Source of the DNA: an uncultured Verrucomicrobiae bacterium
Lineage (GTDB): Bacteria > Verrucomicrobiota > Verrucomicrobiia > Chthoniobacterales > UBA10450
Reading direction: 5' to 3'
DNA length: 64,000 nucleotides
NCBI GenBank assembly: GCA_963726745.1
Contig: CAVSDR010000003.1
Coordinates: 1,116,078-1,180,077, forward strand
The notes under the pieces were generated by a model. It searched no databases, was not told the origin of the DNA, and saw only the letters and a list, made by a program, of their open reading frames with translations. This document shows positions 19,058 through 29,946 of the stretch, in pieces (within the stretch, counting starts at the first letter, position 1; each line of letters begins with the position of its first letter). A program made the position numbers and the translations under genes.

Positions 19058-19548
19058 TCGGCCGCACTTTTTTCCCGCCCACTGGACGGCGGCGATCGCA
19101 AAGGCTTTGCGAGCGACACATTCAGCGGTTCGTCCCGGTATTCCCCGAAACCAGCAATTCGCTTATAGCCGAGACGTTCATACAGCCGCAGCGCGGCCGG
19201 CTGGCGCAGGCCGGTCGAGAGCCAGATCTCGTTGAATCCGCGCTCGGCGGCGAGCTCTTCGATGCGTTCCATCAGGGCCCGCGCGATCCCGCGACCGCGT
19301 GCCGGGGCGCGGACAAACATCCGTTTCACCTCCGCGATTTCACTCGTTAGGCGAAGGAGCGCGACACAGCCGACAGCTTCGCCCTGGACGCGCGCGAGGA
19401 GGAAAGCCACCGGCTGGAAGTCGCTGGCTAATTTTGGCGTGGTCGGCGTTTCGTTGCCGTAGAGCTCATCGAGTTCCCGCCAGAGTTCCGCGAGCAGCGC
19501 GCTGCTTTCCGCGGAGTCGCTGCTGGCCGGCTCGACGGTGAAACTCAA
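19054..19548 (-). CDS. GNAT-family acetyltransferase
   Basis: [38 protein letters not shown]; probable TTG start overlapping tdh stop. Confidence 0.88.
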   Translation of the reverse strand: MSFTVEPASSDSAESSALLAELWRELDELYGNETPTTPKLASDFQPVAFLLARVQGEAVGCVALLRLTSEIAEVKRMFVRAPARGRGIARALMERIEELAAERGFNEIWLSTGLRQPAALRLYERLGYKRIAGFGEYRDEPLNVSLAKPLRSPPSSGREKSAAD

Positions 19549-20576
19549 GCCGCCGTCCAATCGAGCACGATCTTGCCGGATTGCCCGCTCTTCATCAGCT
19601 CCACGCCCTCGACCACGTCGGTGTAGGGCATGTGGTGAGTGATCACCGGCGAGATATCGAGTCCGCTCTGGAGCAGCGCGGTCATTTTATACCAGGTCTC
19701 AAACATTTCGCGGCCGTAGATCCCCTTGATCGTCAGGCCATGGAAGACCACCAGGTTCCAATCGATCGCCGCGTGGCCTGGCATGATCCCGAGCATGGCG
19801 ATGCGGCCGCCATTGACCATCACGTCGAGCATGTCGGTAAACGCCTTCGGATTGCCGGACATCTCAAGGCCGACGTCGAAGCCCTCCCGCATCCCGAGGT
19901 CTTTCATCGCGTCGGCTAATTTCGTTTCGCGCACGTCGAGCGCGAGCGTTGCCCCCATCTTGCGCGCAATTTCCAGGCGATAAGGATTCACATCCGTGAT
20001 CACCACCTTGCGCGCGCCCGCCATTTTGCAGATCGGCACCGCCATGCAGCCGATCGGGCCGGCGCCGGTGATGAGCACGTCTTCGCCCACGAGATCGAAA
20101 GAGAGCGCGGTGTGCACCGCGTTGCCCAGCGGGTCGGAGCAGGAAAGGACATCGAGCGGGATGTTTGAGTCGCAGCGCCAGATGTTCTTGTAAGGCACCG
20201 AGACATATTTCGCGAAGCCACCCGGCCGTTGCACGCCGATGCCGATGGTGTTCGGGCAAAGGTGACGCCGGCCCGCGAGACAATTGCGGCAATGCCCGCA
20301 AACGATGTGGCCTTCGGTCGTGACCAGTTCACCTTCGGAAAAATCCTTCACCGCGCTCCCGACCTGGTCGATCACGCCGACGTACTCGTGGCCGATGACC
20401 AACGGCGTCGGCACCGTCTTCTCGGCCCACGCGTCCCAGTTGTAGATGTGGACGTCAGTTCCGCAGATCGAGGCGTTCTGCACGCGAATGCGCACGTCGT
20501 TTGGCCCGACTTCGGGCACCGGGACTTCCTGCAACTCGAGCCCCGGACCGGAGCGCGCCTTGACCACCGCTGGCAT
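19545..20576 (-). CDS. tdh: L-threonine 3-dehydrogenase
   Basis: [42 protein letters not shown]. Confidence 0.96.
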   Translation of the reverse strand: MPAVVKARSGPGLELQEVPVPEVGPNDVRIRVQNASICGTDVHIYNWDAWAEKTVPTPLVIGHEYVGVIDQVGSAVKDFSEGELVTTEGHIVCGHCRNCLAGRRHLCPNTIGIGVQRPGGFAKYVSVPYKNIWRCDSNIPLDVLSCSDPLGNAVHTALSFDLVGEDVLITGAGPIGCMAVPICKMAGARKVVITDVNPYRLEIARKMGATLALDVRETKLADAMKDLGMREGFDVGLEMSGNPKAFTDMLDVMVNGGRIAMLGIMPGHAAIDWNLVVFHGLTIKGIYGREMFETWYKMTALLQSGLDISPVITHHMPYTDVVEGVELMKSGQSGKIVLDWTAA

Positions 20577-20674
20577 TGTTTGGCTCACGCTGGGGAAATT
20601 AGACAGCGAGATGACGAGCGCCACCAAGTTCCTCACGCTTGCGTTCGCCACGCTCTTTCCGGATGGTGCTCGCC

Positions 20675-21589
20675 ATGCCTGATGCCGTCGACCGCTCTCA
20701 GCCAAAAGCGGTCCCGGCAAAGCTGACTTTCGTCTTTCGCTTCACCAGCACGGTCGCGCTTTGGTCGGTCGCGCTGCTGATTATTTTCTCCGGTTACGAG
20801 TACGCTTTCTTCGGGCTGATCGCCGCCTTCGGGCTGCTCACGCTCTGGGAGTTCTACGGCATGCTCGATCACAAAGGGCTGCCTAATTTCAAGATCACCG
20901 CAATGATCTGCGGGGCGATCATGCTCACGGGAAGTTTCTACTACTTCTCGACCATCGGCCCGGCGCATTCCTACGACTTCGAGGTCGCCTGTTTGCTCGG
21001 TTTTTTGCTCACGGTTTTTTGCCGGCAAATGTTCACCAGCCTGCGCGACGACGCGCCCCTGCGGACGATGGCTTACACGCTCTTTGGCCTGCTTTACGTG
21101 CTCTGGCTTTACAACTTCATCACCAAGATCGTCTACGTGGTCCCGCGCTCGCCCACCGGTGCGGTCCAGGGTCAGTTCTACGTGCTCTATCTGATCGCGA
21201 TCACGAAATTCAGCGACATGGGGGCTTACCTCACCGGGAGTGTGATCGGGAAACACATGATGGTGCCGCACATCAGCCCGAAGAAAACCTGGGAAGGTTT
21301 TGCCGGCGCGCTCTTCTTTTCGCTGCTTGCGAGCTGGGGTTTGCTCTGGTTGATGCCGCATCATTTGGCGGCGCTCAACTGGACGCATGCGACCGTGCTC
21401 GGGCTGCTCCTCGGCTTTGCCGCGGTCGTGGGTGACCTCGCAGAGTCGATCGTGAAGCGCAGCACCGGGGTAAAGGATTCGGGCAATTTTCTCCCGGGCA
21501 TCGGTGGTGCGCTCGACCTGATCGACAGCCTGCTGTTTACCGCGCCGTTGCTCTTCTTTTACCTGCGCCTGGTCATCCGCGTTTCATGA
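20675..21589 (+). CDS. cdsA: Phosphatidate cytidylyltransferase
   Basis: [40 protein letters not shown]. Confidence 0.93.
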   Translation: MPDAVDRSQPKAVPAKLTFVFRFTSTVALWSVALLIIFSGYEYAFFGLIAAFGLLTLWEFYGMLDHKGLPNFKITAMICGAIMLTGSFYYFSTIGPAHSYDFEVACLLGFLLTVFCRQMFTSLRDDAPLRTMAYTLFGLLYVLWLYNFITKIVYVVPRSPTGAVQGQFYVLYLIAITKFSDMGAYLTGSVIGKHMMVPHISPKKTWEGFAGALFFSLLASWGLLWLMPHHLAALNWTHATVLGLLLGFAAVVGDLAESIVKRSTGVKDSGNFLPGIGGALDLIDSLLFTAPLLFFYLRLVIRVS

Positions 21590-22747
21590 AGCGGAAGCGC
21601 GTCGTCGTCCTGGGCGCGACCGGCTCCATCGGTGAAAGTGCGCGCAAAGTCGCGCGCGACATCCCGGAGCGGATGGAGATCGTCGGCCTGGCGGCCAACA
21701 GCAGCGCGGCGAAGCTGGCCGAGCAGGCGAACGAATTGCGCCCGGAAGCGGTCTGCATTGTCGACAAATCGAAGGTCGCGGAGCTGCGCGAGAAATTAGC
21801 CTACACGCCGCAAATCTTCGTGGGCGACGAAGGGCTTTGCGAAATCGCGCAGCTCGCAAGCGCGGAGATGGTCCTGGTGGCCGTCGTCGGCACTGGCGGC
21901 CTGCGCCCGGCGCTGGCGGCGATCGAGGCCGGGAAAGATCTCGCGGTCGCGAGCAAGGAAATCCTCGTCATGGCCGGCGAGATCGTGATGCGCGCGGCCG
22001 CGGCCAGGGGCGTGCGGATTTTGCCGGTCGATAGCGAGCACAATGCGATCTTCCAGTGCCTCGCGGGAAAGCACGCCACGGCGGAAGTGAGCCGGCTGAT
22101 CCTGACTGCCAGCGGCGGACCCTTCCGCAAAACGCCCGCGAGCGAGTTTGCCAGCGATCACGGTCGAACAAGCCCTGAAGCACCCGACCTGGAACATGGG
22201 CCCGAAGATCACGATCGACTCCGCGACGCTCTTCAACAAAGGCCTGGAGATGATCGAGGCGCGCTGGCTTTTTGACGTCGAGATGGCGCGGGTGGACGTG
22301 ATCGTGCACCCGCAAAGCATCGTCCACTCGATGGTGGAATTTACCGACGGCTCGGTCCTCGCGCAGCTGAGCCACTCGGACATGTGCTTCCCGATCCAAT
22401 ACGCGGTCACCTGGCCGGAGCGCGTCCCGAATTCCCTCCGGCCGCTCGATTTCGGGCAATTGCGCGCGCTCGAATTCGAGACGCCACGCTACGATGATTT
22501 CCCCGCGCTCACGCTCGCGCGCCGCGCGGGCGAAGTCGGCGGCACCTTGCCTGCTGTATTGAACGCTGCCAATGAAGTCGCCGTCTCCGCTTTCCTTGAA
22601 AAGCGCATCTCTTTCCCCGGGATCTGGGAGGTCGTGGGCCAGGTGATGGAGCGGCACGCTTCCATTGCAGAGGCCGACCTCGATGCGATATTGGCCGCCG
22701 ATCAATGGGCCCGCGCGGAAGCCGCCGCGCTCACCCGGGCGAAATAA
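21586..22747 (+). CDS. dxr: DXP reductoisomerase (apparent frameshift near 22153)
   Basis: LGATGSIG, LPVDSEH, TASGGPF, then HPTWNMGPKITIDSAT, HPQSIVHS, NAANE in another frame. Confidence 0.93.
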
Positions 22748-22762
22748 CGCCGCCGTTCACGC

Positions 22763-24176
22763 ATGATACCGCAAGCACTCCGTTTTCTCTTCATCCTCCT
22801 CGAGGTCATCGTCCTCTTTAACCTGCTCATCATCGTGCATGAGCTCGGGCATTTCCTCGCGGCGAAATGGCGCGGGCTGGTGATCGAGAAGTTCGGTGTC
22901 TGGTTCGGCAAGCCGATCTGGAAAAAGGAAGTCAACGGAATCACCTACTCGCTCGGCTCGATTCCTTTCGGCGGCTTTGTCGCCCTGCCGCAGCTCGCGC
23001 CGATGGACATCATCGAGGGCGAAGTGGATGTCGATCGCGCCACGCTCCCGCGCGTTTCCGCGCTCGACAAAATCATCGTCGCCTTTGCCGGGCCGCTTTT
23101 TAGTCTGCTCCTCGCGCTCACTTTTGCCTGCATCGTCTGGGCGGTCGGCCACCCGGTGAACGAGTCCGACATGACGACCACGGTCGGCTATGTGCAGGCC
23201 GATTCGCCCGCGGCCAAGGCCGGCATGCAAGCGGGCGACCGGATCGTGGCGGTCGATGGCTCGCCCGTGCGGCGTTTCAGCGGGATGAACCACAGCGTCG
23301 TCTGGGCAGTGGTGCGCAGCGAAGGCGCGACCATCCCGATCACCGCGGAAAGAGACGGCAAGATGTTGAGCTTCGACGTGGAGCCGTTCCGCTCGGAGAC
23401 GCGCGGCTGGCGGCGGAAAAGCGTGCGCCAGATTCTCGTGCTCCCGGCGCAGACGCCGATCGTGGAGGAAGTGCAGCCGGGAACACGCCGCGGCAGCGGC
23501 GGGCTTGAAGGCCGGCGACGTGATCCATGGCTTCAACGGGACGCCGATTTTCCACCCGGTCGCGCTCGCGGATTACATCGAGAAACACCCGACCGATCTG
23601 CTCAAGCTAGAGGTCACGCGCGGCGGCCAGAACATGGAAGTTGCAGTCCAGCCGACGATCCTTGCCGGCGAGAAAACCGCGCGCATCGGCATTCGCTGGG
23701 ACAGTGCCGGCCGCACCTCGATCTCGCATCCGAACCCGATCGAGCAGGTCTACAACAGCGTCACGAGCACATTGAACACGATTGGCGCGGTCGCTTCGCC
23801 GAAATCAGACGTCAAGCTGCAGCATCTCAGCGGACCGGTCGGCATCGGGCGGATCTACTATCTCCTCTTCCAGAGCGAATACGGCTGGCAGCTCGCGCTT
23901 TGGTTTAGCGTGATCCTGAACGTAAACCTCGCGATCCTGAACATGCTGCCTATTCCGGTCCTCGATGGCGGCCACATCGTGCTGGCTATTATCGAATCAA
24001 TCCGCCGCAAGCCGGTGAACATTCGCCTGCTCGAGATCATCCAGACCGGCTGTGCGGTTTTGATCATCGGCTACATGGTCTACGTCACTTTCTTCGATCT
24101 GCAGGACCTGCCGTTCATCCGCTCGAAGCTCGACAAGATGGAAGCGCCCGCGCAGAAAGCGGAGATGGAGCCGTAA
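22763..24176 (+). CDS. rseP: RIP metalloprotease with PDZ domains (apparent frameshift near 23485)
   Basis: HELGH, PFGGFV, AGP, PDZ repeats, SGPVGI, NMLPIPVLDGG. Confidence 0.92.
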
Positions 24177-24190
24177 GGCGGGCGTCTACA

Positions 24191-24219
24191 TTGCCGAGGC
24201 GAAGCGAAATGGTTATCTT
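24191..24219 (+). promoter_or_regulatory. Sigma70-type promoter, near-leaderless
   Basis: TTGCCG-17 bp-TATCTT, then 8 nt to ATG 24228. Confidence 0.6.
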
Positions 24220-24227
24220 GCGGGGCG

Positions 24228-24464
24228 ATGGACCCCAACCAGTTACGAGAGCTTTATTCCGCGGCGCCGTTTCGTCCGTTTGAGATCCTCCTCACGAATG
24301 GCGCGCGCGTGCTCGTGGATCATCCCGAATTCATGTCGTTTACGCGGGACTATCGCACCGTGCACGTCTCTGATGTCGATGGGACCGGGAAACGCATCGA
24401 CGTGAAATTGATCATCGCATTGAACGAGCTGAAAAACGGTTCGCGGCCGCGCAAGCGCAAGTGA
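24228..24464 (+). CDS. Small hypothetical protein (78 aa)
   Basis: PFRPFEILLTNG...VDHPE; own promoter; stop overlaps ispG start (GTGA). Confidence 0.8.
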   Translation: MDPNQLRELYSAAPFRPFEILLTNGARVLVDHPEFMSFTRDYRTVHVSDVDGTGKRIDVKLIIALNELKNGSRPRKRK

Positions 24465-26249
24465 GCTACTGCGCCGATCCTTTCCGACCCCAGCGCCGCG
24501 TCGACCCGCGAGGTCATGGTCGGCGGCGTGGGCGTGGGCGGGGCGAATCCGATCCGCGTCCAGTCGATGATCACCTGCGACACGATGGACACGGAGGCGT
24601 CGATCGCGCAGTCCCTCGAGCTGGCGAATGTCGGCTGCGAGATCGTGCGCATCACCGCGCCGACGGTGAAGGATGCCGCCAATTTGCAGCACATTGTGCG
24701 CGGCCTGCGCGAGCGCGGCTGCCAGGTGCCGATCGTGGCCGACATCCATTTCAAGCCCGAGGCCGCGATGGAAGCGGCCAAGTGGGTCGATAAAGTCCGG
24801 ATCAACCCGGGGAACTACGCCGACTCAAAAAAGTTCAAGATTCTCGAATACAGCGACGAGCAATACGCCGCCGAGCTGGAGCGCATCCGCGAGCGCTTCT
24901 CGCCGTTGGTGCGCTTGTGCCAGGAGCGCGGGATCGCCATGCGCATCGGGACGAATCACGGTTCGCTCAGCGACCGGATCATGAATCGCTACGGTGACAC
25001 TCCACTCGGCATGGTGGAGAGCGCGCTCGAGTTTGCCCGGATCGCGCGCGAGCTCGATTACCACGCTTTCGTTTTCTCGATGAAGTCGAGCAACCCGAAG
25101 GTAATGATCAACGCCTATCGGCTGCTGGTCGCGCGGCTGAACGCCGAGGGGCCGGACTGGAACTACCCGATTCATCTCGGCGTGACCGAGGCCGGCGAAG
25201 GCGAGGACGCGCGGATCAAGAGCGCGATCGGGATTGGCTCGCTGCTTTCCGATGGAATCGGAGACACGGTGCGCGTGTCGCTGACCGAGGACAGTGTGCA
25301 CGAAATCCCGGTGGCGCAGGCGCTGGTCGCATTGATGGGCAAAACTCCCAAGGCCGAGGGCCCGACCTTCGACCTCCCCACGTCCTACGATCCATTTTCG
25401 TATGCGCGCCGGGCGTCGGACCGGGTCACGCTTGCTGGCATCGTTGGCGAGGTCTCGTTAGGCGGCGAAGAGCCGGGACGCGTGGCGGTGCGGCAGGCGA
25501 ACTTCGAGAAAGTCGCGCACAAGGTCGAGCGCATGGGCGATTACAAGCCGGAGTTCGTCTACGAAAGCTCCGGCGTGGCCGAGATTGATCCGCGCGACGA
25601 CGAGGCGGTCGGCAAATTAAACAGCGAGATGACGCCGCGCCTGGTCACGGTGCGCGACAGCGTCGACCTGCCGGTGATCACTGCCTTCCGCCTGCTCGCG
25701 GCGAAGGTGCATCCGCGGCATCCGGTGCTGCTTAAGGATGTACTCCAGCCGCCGGGCGCGCCGGAGTTTCTCCAGAACCTGCTGGTCGCGGCGACGCACA
25801 TCGGCGCGCTCTTGTGCGATGGAATCGGCGATGCCGTCCTCGTGCAGGGCGAGGAAGCACCCGGCCAGGCATTGCGCCTGAGCTATAACATCCTCCAAGC
25901 GGCGCGCTCGCGGATTTTCAAAACCGATTACGTCGCCTGTCCGTCGTGTGGAAGAACGCTGTTCAATCTCCAGACCACGACCGCGCGAATCAAAGAAGCG
26001 ACTGCGCATCTCAAAGGCGTCACCATCGCGGTCATGGGCTGCATCGTGAACGGTCCGGGCGAAATGGCGGACGCGGACTTCGGCTACGTCGGCGGCGCGC
26101 CTGGGAAGATCAATCTCTACGTCGGCAAGACCGCGGTGAAGTTCAACATCCCGGAAGCGGAAGCGGTCGATCGTTTGCAAGACCTCATCCGTGAGCACGG
26201 GAAGTGGGTCGATCCTGCGCCGCGGGCGCACGAGCCGGCGATCGCCTAG
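24461..26249 (+). CDS. ispG: HMBPP synthase, long form (apparent frameshift near 24500)
   Basis: IRVQSM, VADIHF, RINPGN, RIGTNHGS, HLGVTEAG, CPSCGR, VMGCIVNGPGE. Confidence 0.95.
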
Positions 26250-26944
26250 TCGCGGACTTTGTAATTGAGCTGCCGCGAGAGCAGCCAGCGCACGCCGAAC
26301 ATGTCGACCGTGGCGCGCACCGCGCGGTTGCCCAGGCCGTATTTGCTCACGCCGAACTGGCGCGGGCGATGGTTCACCGGGATCTCGACTAACGAGTAGC
26401 CGCCGCCTTTGACCAGCGCGGGAATGAAGCGGTGCATGCCCTTGAAAGGCACGAGCGTGCGGATGCACTCGCGCCGCATCGCCTTGAGCGAGCAACCGGT
26501 GTCACGCACACCGTCCTTGGTGAAACGGCTGCGCACGAAATTAGCCACCCGGCTGGTGATCCGCTTCACGGTCGTGTCCTTGCGCTTCGCGCGGTAGCCG
26601 CAGACGAGATCGGCCCCGCGCTCGAGCTCGGCGAGGAGGCGCGGGATGTCCGCGGGATCATTTTGCAGATCGCCATCGAGCAAGACCGCGACTTCGCCAC
26701 GGGCAGCGTGCAGGCCGGCATACATGGCCGCGCTTTGGCCGGCGTTCTGCGCGAAGGGCAGCACGCGCACCCGCGGGTCGGGCCGGATTTTTTCGATGGT
26801 CGCGTCGCGGCTTCCGTCATCTACGAAGACGATCTCGTAGTCTAAATTAGCCAGCGCTTTCTCCAGCTCCGCCTGGAGGATGGCGACGTTTTCTTCTTCG
26901 TTGAAAAGCGGGACGACGACCGAGACCGCAGGGGCAGCACTCAT
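26246..26944 (-). CDS. GT2 polyprenol-phosphate glycosyltransferase (ArnC/Dpm1-like)
   Basis: SVVVPLFNE, VDDGS, DGDLQNDP, RDTGC, HRFIP, HRPR..GVSKY. Confidence 0.9.
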   Translation of the reverse strand: MSAAPAVSVVVPLFNEEENVAILQAELEKALANLDYEIVFVDDGSRDATIEKIRPDPRVRVLPFAQNAGQSAAMYAGLHAARGEVAVLLDGDLQNDPADIPRLLAELERGADLVCGYRAKRKDTTVKRITSRVANFVRSRFTKDGVRDTGCSLKAMRRECIRTLVPFKGMHRFIPALVKGGGYSLVEIPVNHRPRQFGVSKYGLGNRAVRATVDMFGVRWLLSRQLNYKVRD

Positions 26945-28512
26945 AACGGCAGCGGATGATAGTTCTTGCAGATGAACACCTGCAGCGTGCGCACCAGGCG
27001 GCCGTAGCGCCGGACCTCGATCACGCGGTATGGCTCGGTCGAGGCAAAGGCGCGGGTGATATTGCGCGGGGCGTTCTTGAGGTTGTTCTGAATGTAGAGC
27101 GCACTGCGGCCCTCAAACGGGTTCACGCCCGCTTCCTCGGTGTAGACGTCGCCGTTCCCCATCTCCGTGCGGGTGTTCGCAGGCACGAAACCATCGTAGC
27201 GCGGCCAAAAGGAGAACTGATTCATGATGTCCTGCGTCTCGACGATGTAGACCGGCGGATGCTCCGGGCCTTCGACGCGTTTCTCTTTCAAGTAGAAGGA
27301 TAACTCCGAAGCGCGCGCGCGTTCGTCGGCGATCAGGAAAACCTTTTCGCCGAGCTGCGTTTCCACTTCGCCGCGGAGCTGCTCGACCGCGGCCGCGCTC
27401 GCGCCCCAACTGCGCATCTTATCGGCGGGATCGCGCCGCGGATGGAAACCGAAGCTGTGCAGGAGATCGGTATTAAGCGCGAGCGCGCTCAGGAAAAGCG
27501 CGAGCAGGAAGGCCGCGGCGGCCCACGGGACCAGGCGCGGGCGGGATTCCAAACGCTCGCGCCAGTAGGAAGCTGCGAGCACGCCGAGGCTCAGGAAAGC
27601 GAGGCAATCCCAGTTCGCGTTCGAGGCGTGGTTGAGCGAGATGACCGCGTAGACCAGGAAAACCGGGAGCCCAAACCAAAGCAGGAAGATGCCCTTGAAG
27701 GTTTGCTGGGTGCGCTTCCAATTCGCCAGCACCGCCCAAACGAGCCCGAGGAAAAGCAGCGGCGAATAGACGGCAAAATGCATTCCGAGAAAGGAAATGA
27801 ACTCGCCGAAATGCAGGCCGAAGGGGCGATTGAGCGCACCGCGATTGCGCAGATGGCCGACCGTGGCCCAGGTGCGGTTCGAGTTCCAAACAATCGGCGG
27901 AATGGTGCACAGGACGAAGACCACCAGGAGCGAGTAGAGCCCGGGCCGGGCGAATTCCTTTCGCAACCGCGGGACGAGCGCGAGCACCGCGGCGACTGAG
28001 AGCAGCTGGAGCGCGTTGGTGTATTTGCAGAGGAAGCCGAGGCCCATGAGGAGCCCGGCAAAGGGCCACCACCACGAGAAGGCCGGGCTTTTCTCGAGCG
28101 CGATCCAGAAGGCAAACATGGCCGCGGTCCAGCAGAAAATAGACAGCGGATCGGTCGTGATCACGAACGAGCCGATGTTGAAAATCGGCGCGACATTGAG
28201 CGCGAGCACCACCCAGAAACCGGTCACGTCGCTGAAGAGCCGGCGCGTGAAATAATAGAGCAGCAAGCTCGTGCCCATGCCCACGATCGGACTCCAGAAA
28301 CGCACGCCGAATTCCGTCGGCCCCCAAAGCGCCACACTCGACCAGATGGCGTAAGCCACGCCCGGGCCCTTGCTGAAGTAGGCCGGTGCCAGCCGCTCGC
28401 TCCACATCCAATAGTGCGCCTCGTCGAACGAAAGATCGGTCGTGCCAATGAGCGCCAGCCGGATGCCGGTGAGCGCGAGCAGGAAAAGCCAGACAGCGCG
28501 GGTCGTGCTCAT
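26941..28512 (-). CDS. GT-C glycosyltransferase (ArnT/PMT_2-like)
   Basis: DEAHYWMWS, YFSKGP, TTDP, LGFLCKY, many TM segments. Confidence 0.85.
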   Translation of the reverse strand: MSTTRAVWLFLLALTGIRLALIGTTDLSFDEAHYWMWSERLAPAYFSKGPGVAYAIWSSVALWGPTEFGVRFWSPIVGMGTSLLLYYFTRRLFSDVTGFWVVLALNVAPIFNIGSFVITTDPLSIFCWTAAMFAFWIALEKSPAFSWWWPFAGLLMGLGFLCKYTNALQLLSVAAVLALVPRLRKEFARPGLYSLLVVFVLCTIPPIVWNSNRTWATVGHLRNRGALNRPFGLHFGEFISFLGMHFAVYSPLLFLGLVWAVLANWKRTQQTFKGIFLLWFGLPVFLVYAVISLNHASNANWDCLAFLSLGVLAASYWRERLESRPRLVPWAAAAFLLALFLSALALNTDLLHSFGFHPRRDPADKMRSWGASAAAVEQLRGEVETQLGEKVFLIADERARASELSFYLKEKRVEGPEHPPVYIVETQDIMNQFSFWPRYDGFVPANTRTEMGNGDVYTEEAGVNPFEGRSALYIQNNLKNAPRNITRAFASTEPYRVIEVRRYGRLVRTLQVFICKNYHPLPL

Positions 28513-29165
28513 GCGGTCGCGGGAATTCCGAGCAGGCGCGGGTGGCGCGCGAAAAGTTGCGGGAGCCAACGTGGTCCGGCCAGGCGCCAAAGCGCTTCCC
28601 ACAGGCCGAGCGCGAGCAAGGTGAAGCCGCCGGCAAAAAAGATCGTCGCCAACACATCACTGGGCCAGTGCGCCCCGAGGTAAACGCGCGAGTAACCGAC
28701 CGCGATGGCGAAGAACCAATAGAGCCAGCCCCAGCGCCGGAAAAAGAGCGAGAGGCAGGTGGCGATGATCGTGTTGTCGGTCATGTGGCCGGAAGGGAAC
28801 GACGGGCCGCTTTGCGTCCGCTCGCGCACGCCGGAGAAACGAATCGTCGGCCGCTTGAAGAGCGTGAGAAATTTAGGCGACACTTTCTCCAGCTGGACCA
28901 TGCGCACGGTCTGCGCCTGCTTCGGCCGCTTCCGGCCGATGGCTGATTTGAGCGCCGGGACCACAAAGCTGTCGGAGACGATCAAGGTCAGCCCGAGGCA
29001 AACCAGAAAGGCGCGACCCTTGAATCCGCCGCGGAGCAGCGCATAGAGACCGAGCACGATGAGGAGCGGTTTCCAGATTTCGACGTCGCTGATCCCGGCC
29101 ATGAAGAGATCGAGCGCAGGACTCGTCCATCGTTCGTTGATAAGATGAAAAACAGCCTGGTCCAT
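28509..29165 (-). CDS. PAP2-family phosphatase
   Basis: KSAIGRKRP, SFPSGH, SRVYLGAHWPSD. Confidence 0.92.
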   Translation of the reverse strand: MDQAVFHLINERWTSPALDLFMAGISDVEIWKPLLIVLGLYALLRGGFKGRAFLVCLGLTLIVSDSFVVPALKSAIGRKRPKQAQTVRMVQLEKVSPKFLTLFKRPTIRFSGVRERTQSGPSFPSGHMTDNTIIATCLSLFFRRWGWLYWFFAIAVGYSRVYLGAHWPSDVLATIFFAGGFTLLALGLWEALWRLAGPRWLPQLFARHPRLLGIPATA

Positions 29166-29216
29166 CGCGCCGAAAAAGCCCTTCGGGAAGGGGCGCCACG
29201 ATACAAGCCTCGCCCG

Positions 29217-29897
29217 GTGAGACAAGCGATTAAGGTCTGCGCGGCGGCCGGACTTTGCCTCAGCGCGAGCGTGCTTCACCTCCTGGCTGCGCCTTCCGCG
29301 GGGGAGATCCTGGCCATGGCTCGCGCCAGTGCGGGCCAGCAGGAGATCGACCTCGCAGGGCAACTGCGCGAGGAAGGCCGCGTGGTCCCGTTCCGTTTGG
29401 TGCAATCCGGCGGCGTAATCCGTTACCGCTTCACCAATCCCGACGAGGCGCTTCAACTGCGCCTCGGCGAAAGCGATTCCAACCTCGAGAACATCAGCCG
29501 CGACGGAGTCGACAAGATCAGCGGCCCGGAGTTTAGCCAGCGCGTTCGCGGGACCGCGATCACCTTCGAGGATCTCGCGCTCAAGTTCATCTACTGGCCG
29601 GGCGGAAAGGTTCTGGGCGAGGATTACATCAACACCCGGCGCGTTTGGAAGCTCGAGCTCCGGCCGCCGGGCGATCGATCGCAATACTCGAAAGTTTATC
29701 TCTGGGCGGAGCAGGAGAGCGGCGCGCTCATGCGCATGGAAGGCTACGATTGGAACGGGCAGCTCGTCCGCCGCTTCGAGGTCGTCTCCGCGCAGAAGAT
29801 CGAGGGGCGCTGGTTCCTCAAGCAAATGCGCCTGGAGCAGGTCGATCCCGCGACCGGCAAGGTGACCGCGCGGACCTATCTCGAGATCAAAAAGTAG
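29217..29897 (+). CDS. LolA-like outer-membrane lipoprotein-sorting domain protein
   Basis: Signal-like N-terminus (start uncertain); GTAITFEDL, YSKVYLW, YDWNGQL, QKIEGRW. Confidence 0.65.
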   Translation: MRQAIKVCAAAGLCLSASVLHLLAAPSAGEILAMARASAGQQEIDLAGQLREEGRVVPFRLVQSGGVIRYRFTNPDEALQLRLGESDSNLENISRDGVDKISGPEFSQRVRGTAITFEDLALKFIYWPGGKVLGEDYINTRRVWKLELRPPGDRSQYSKVYLWAEQESGALMRMEGYDWNGQLVRRFEVVSAQKIEGRWFLKQMRLEQVDPATGKVTARTYLEIKK

Positions 29898-29946
29898 CCG
29901 CGGCGGCATTGGAAAACCCGCCTTTGCGGTGTAAAGAGAACGCTCG

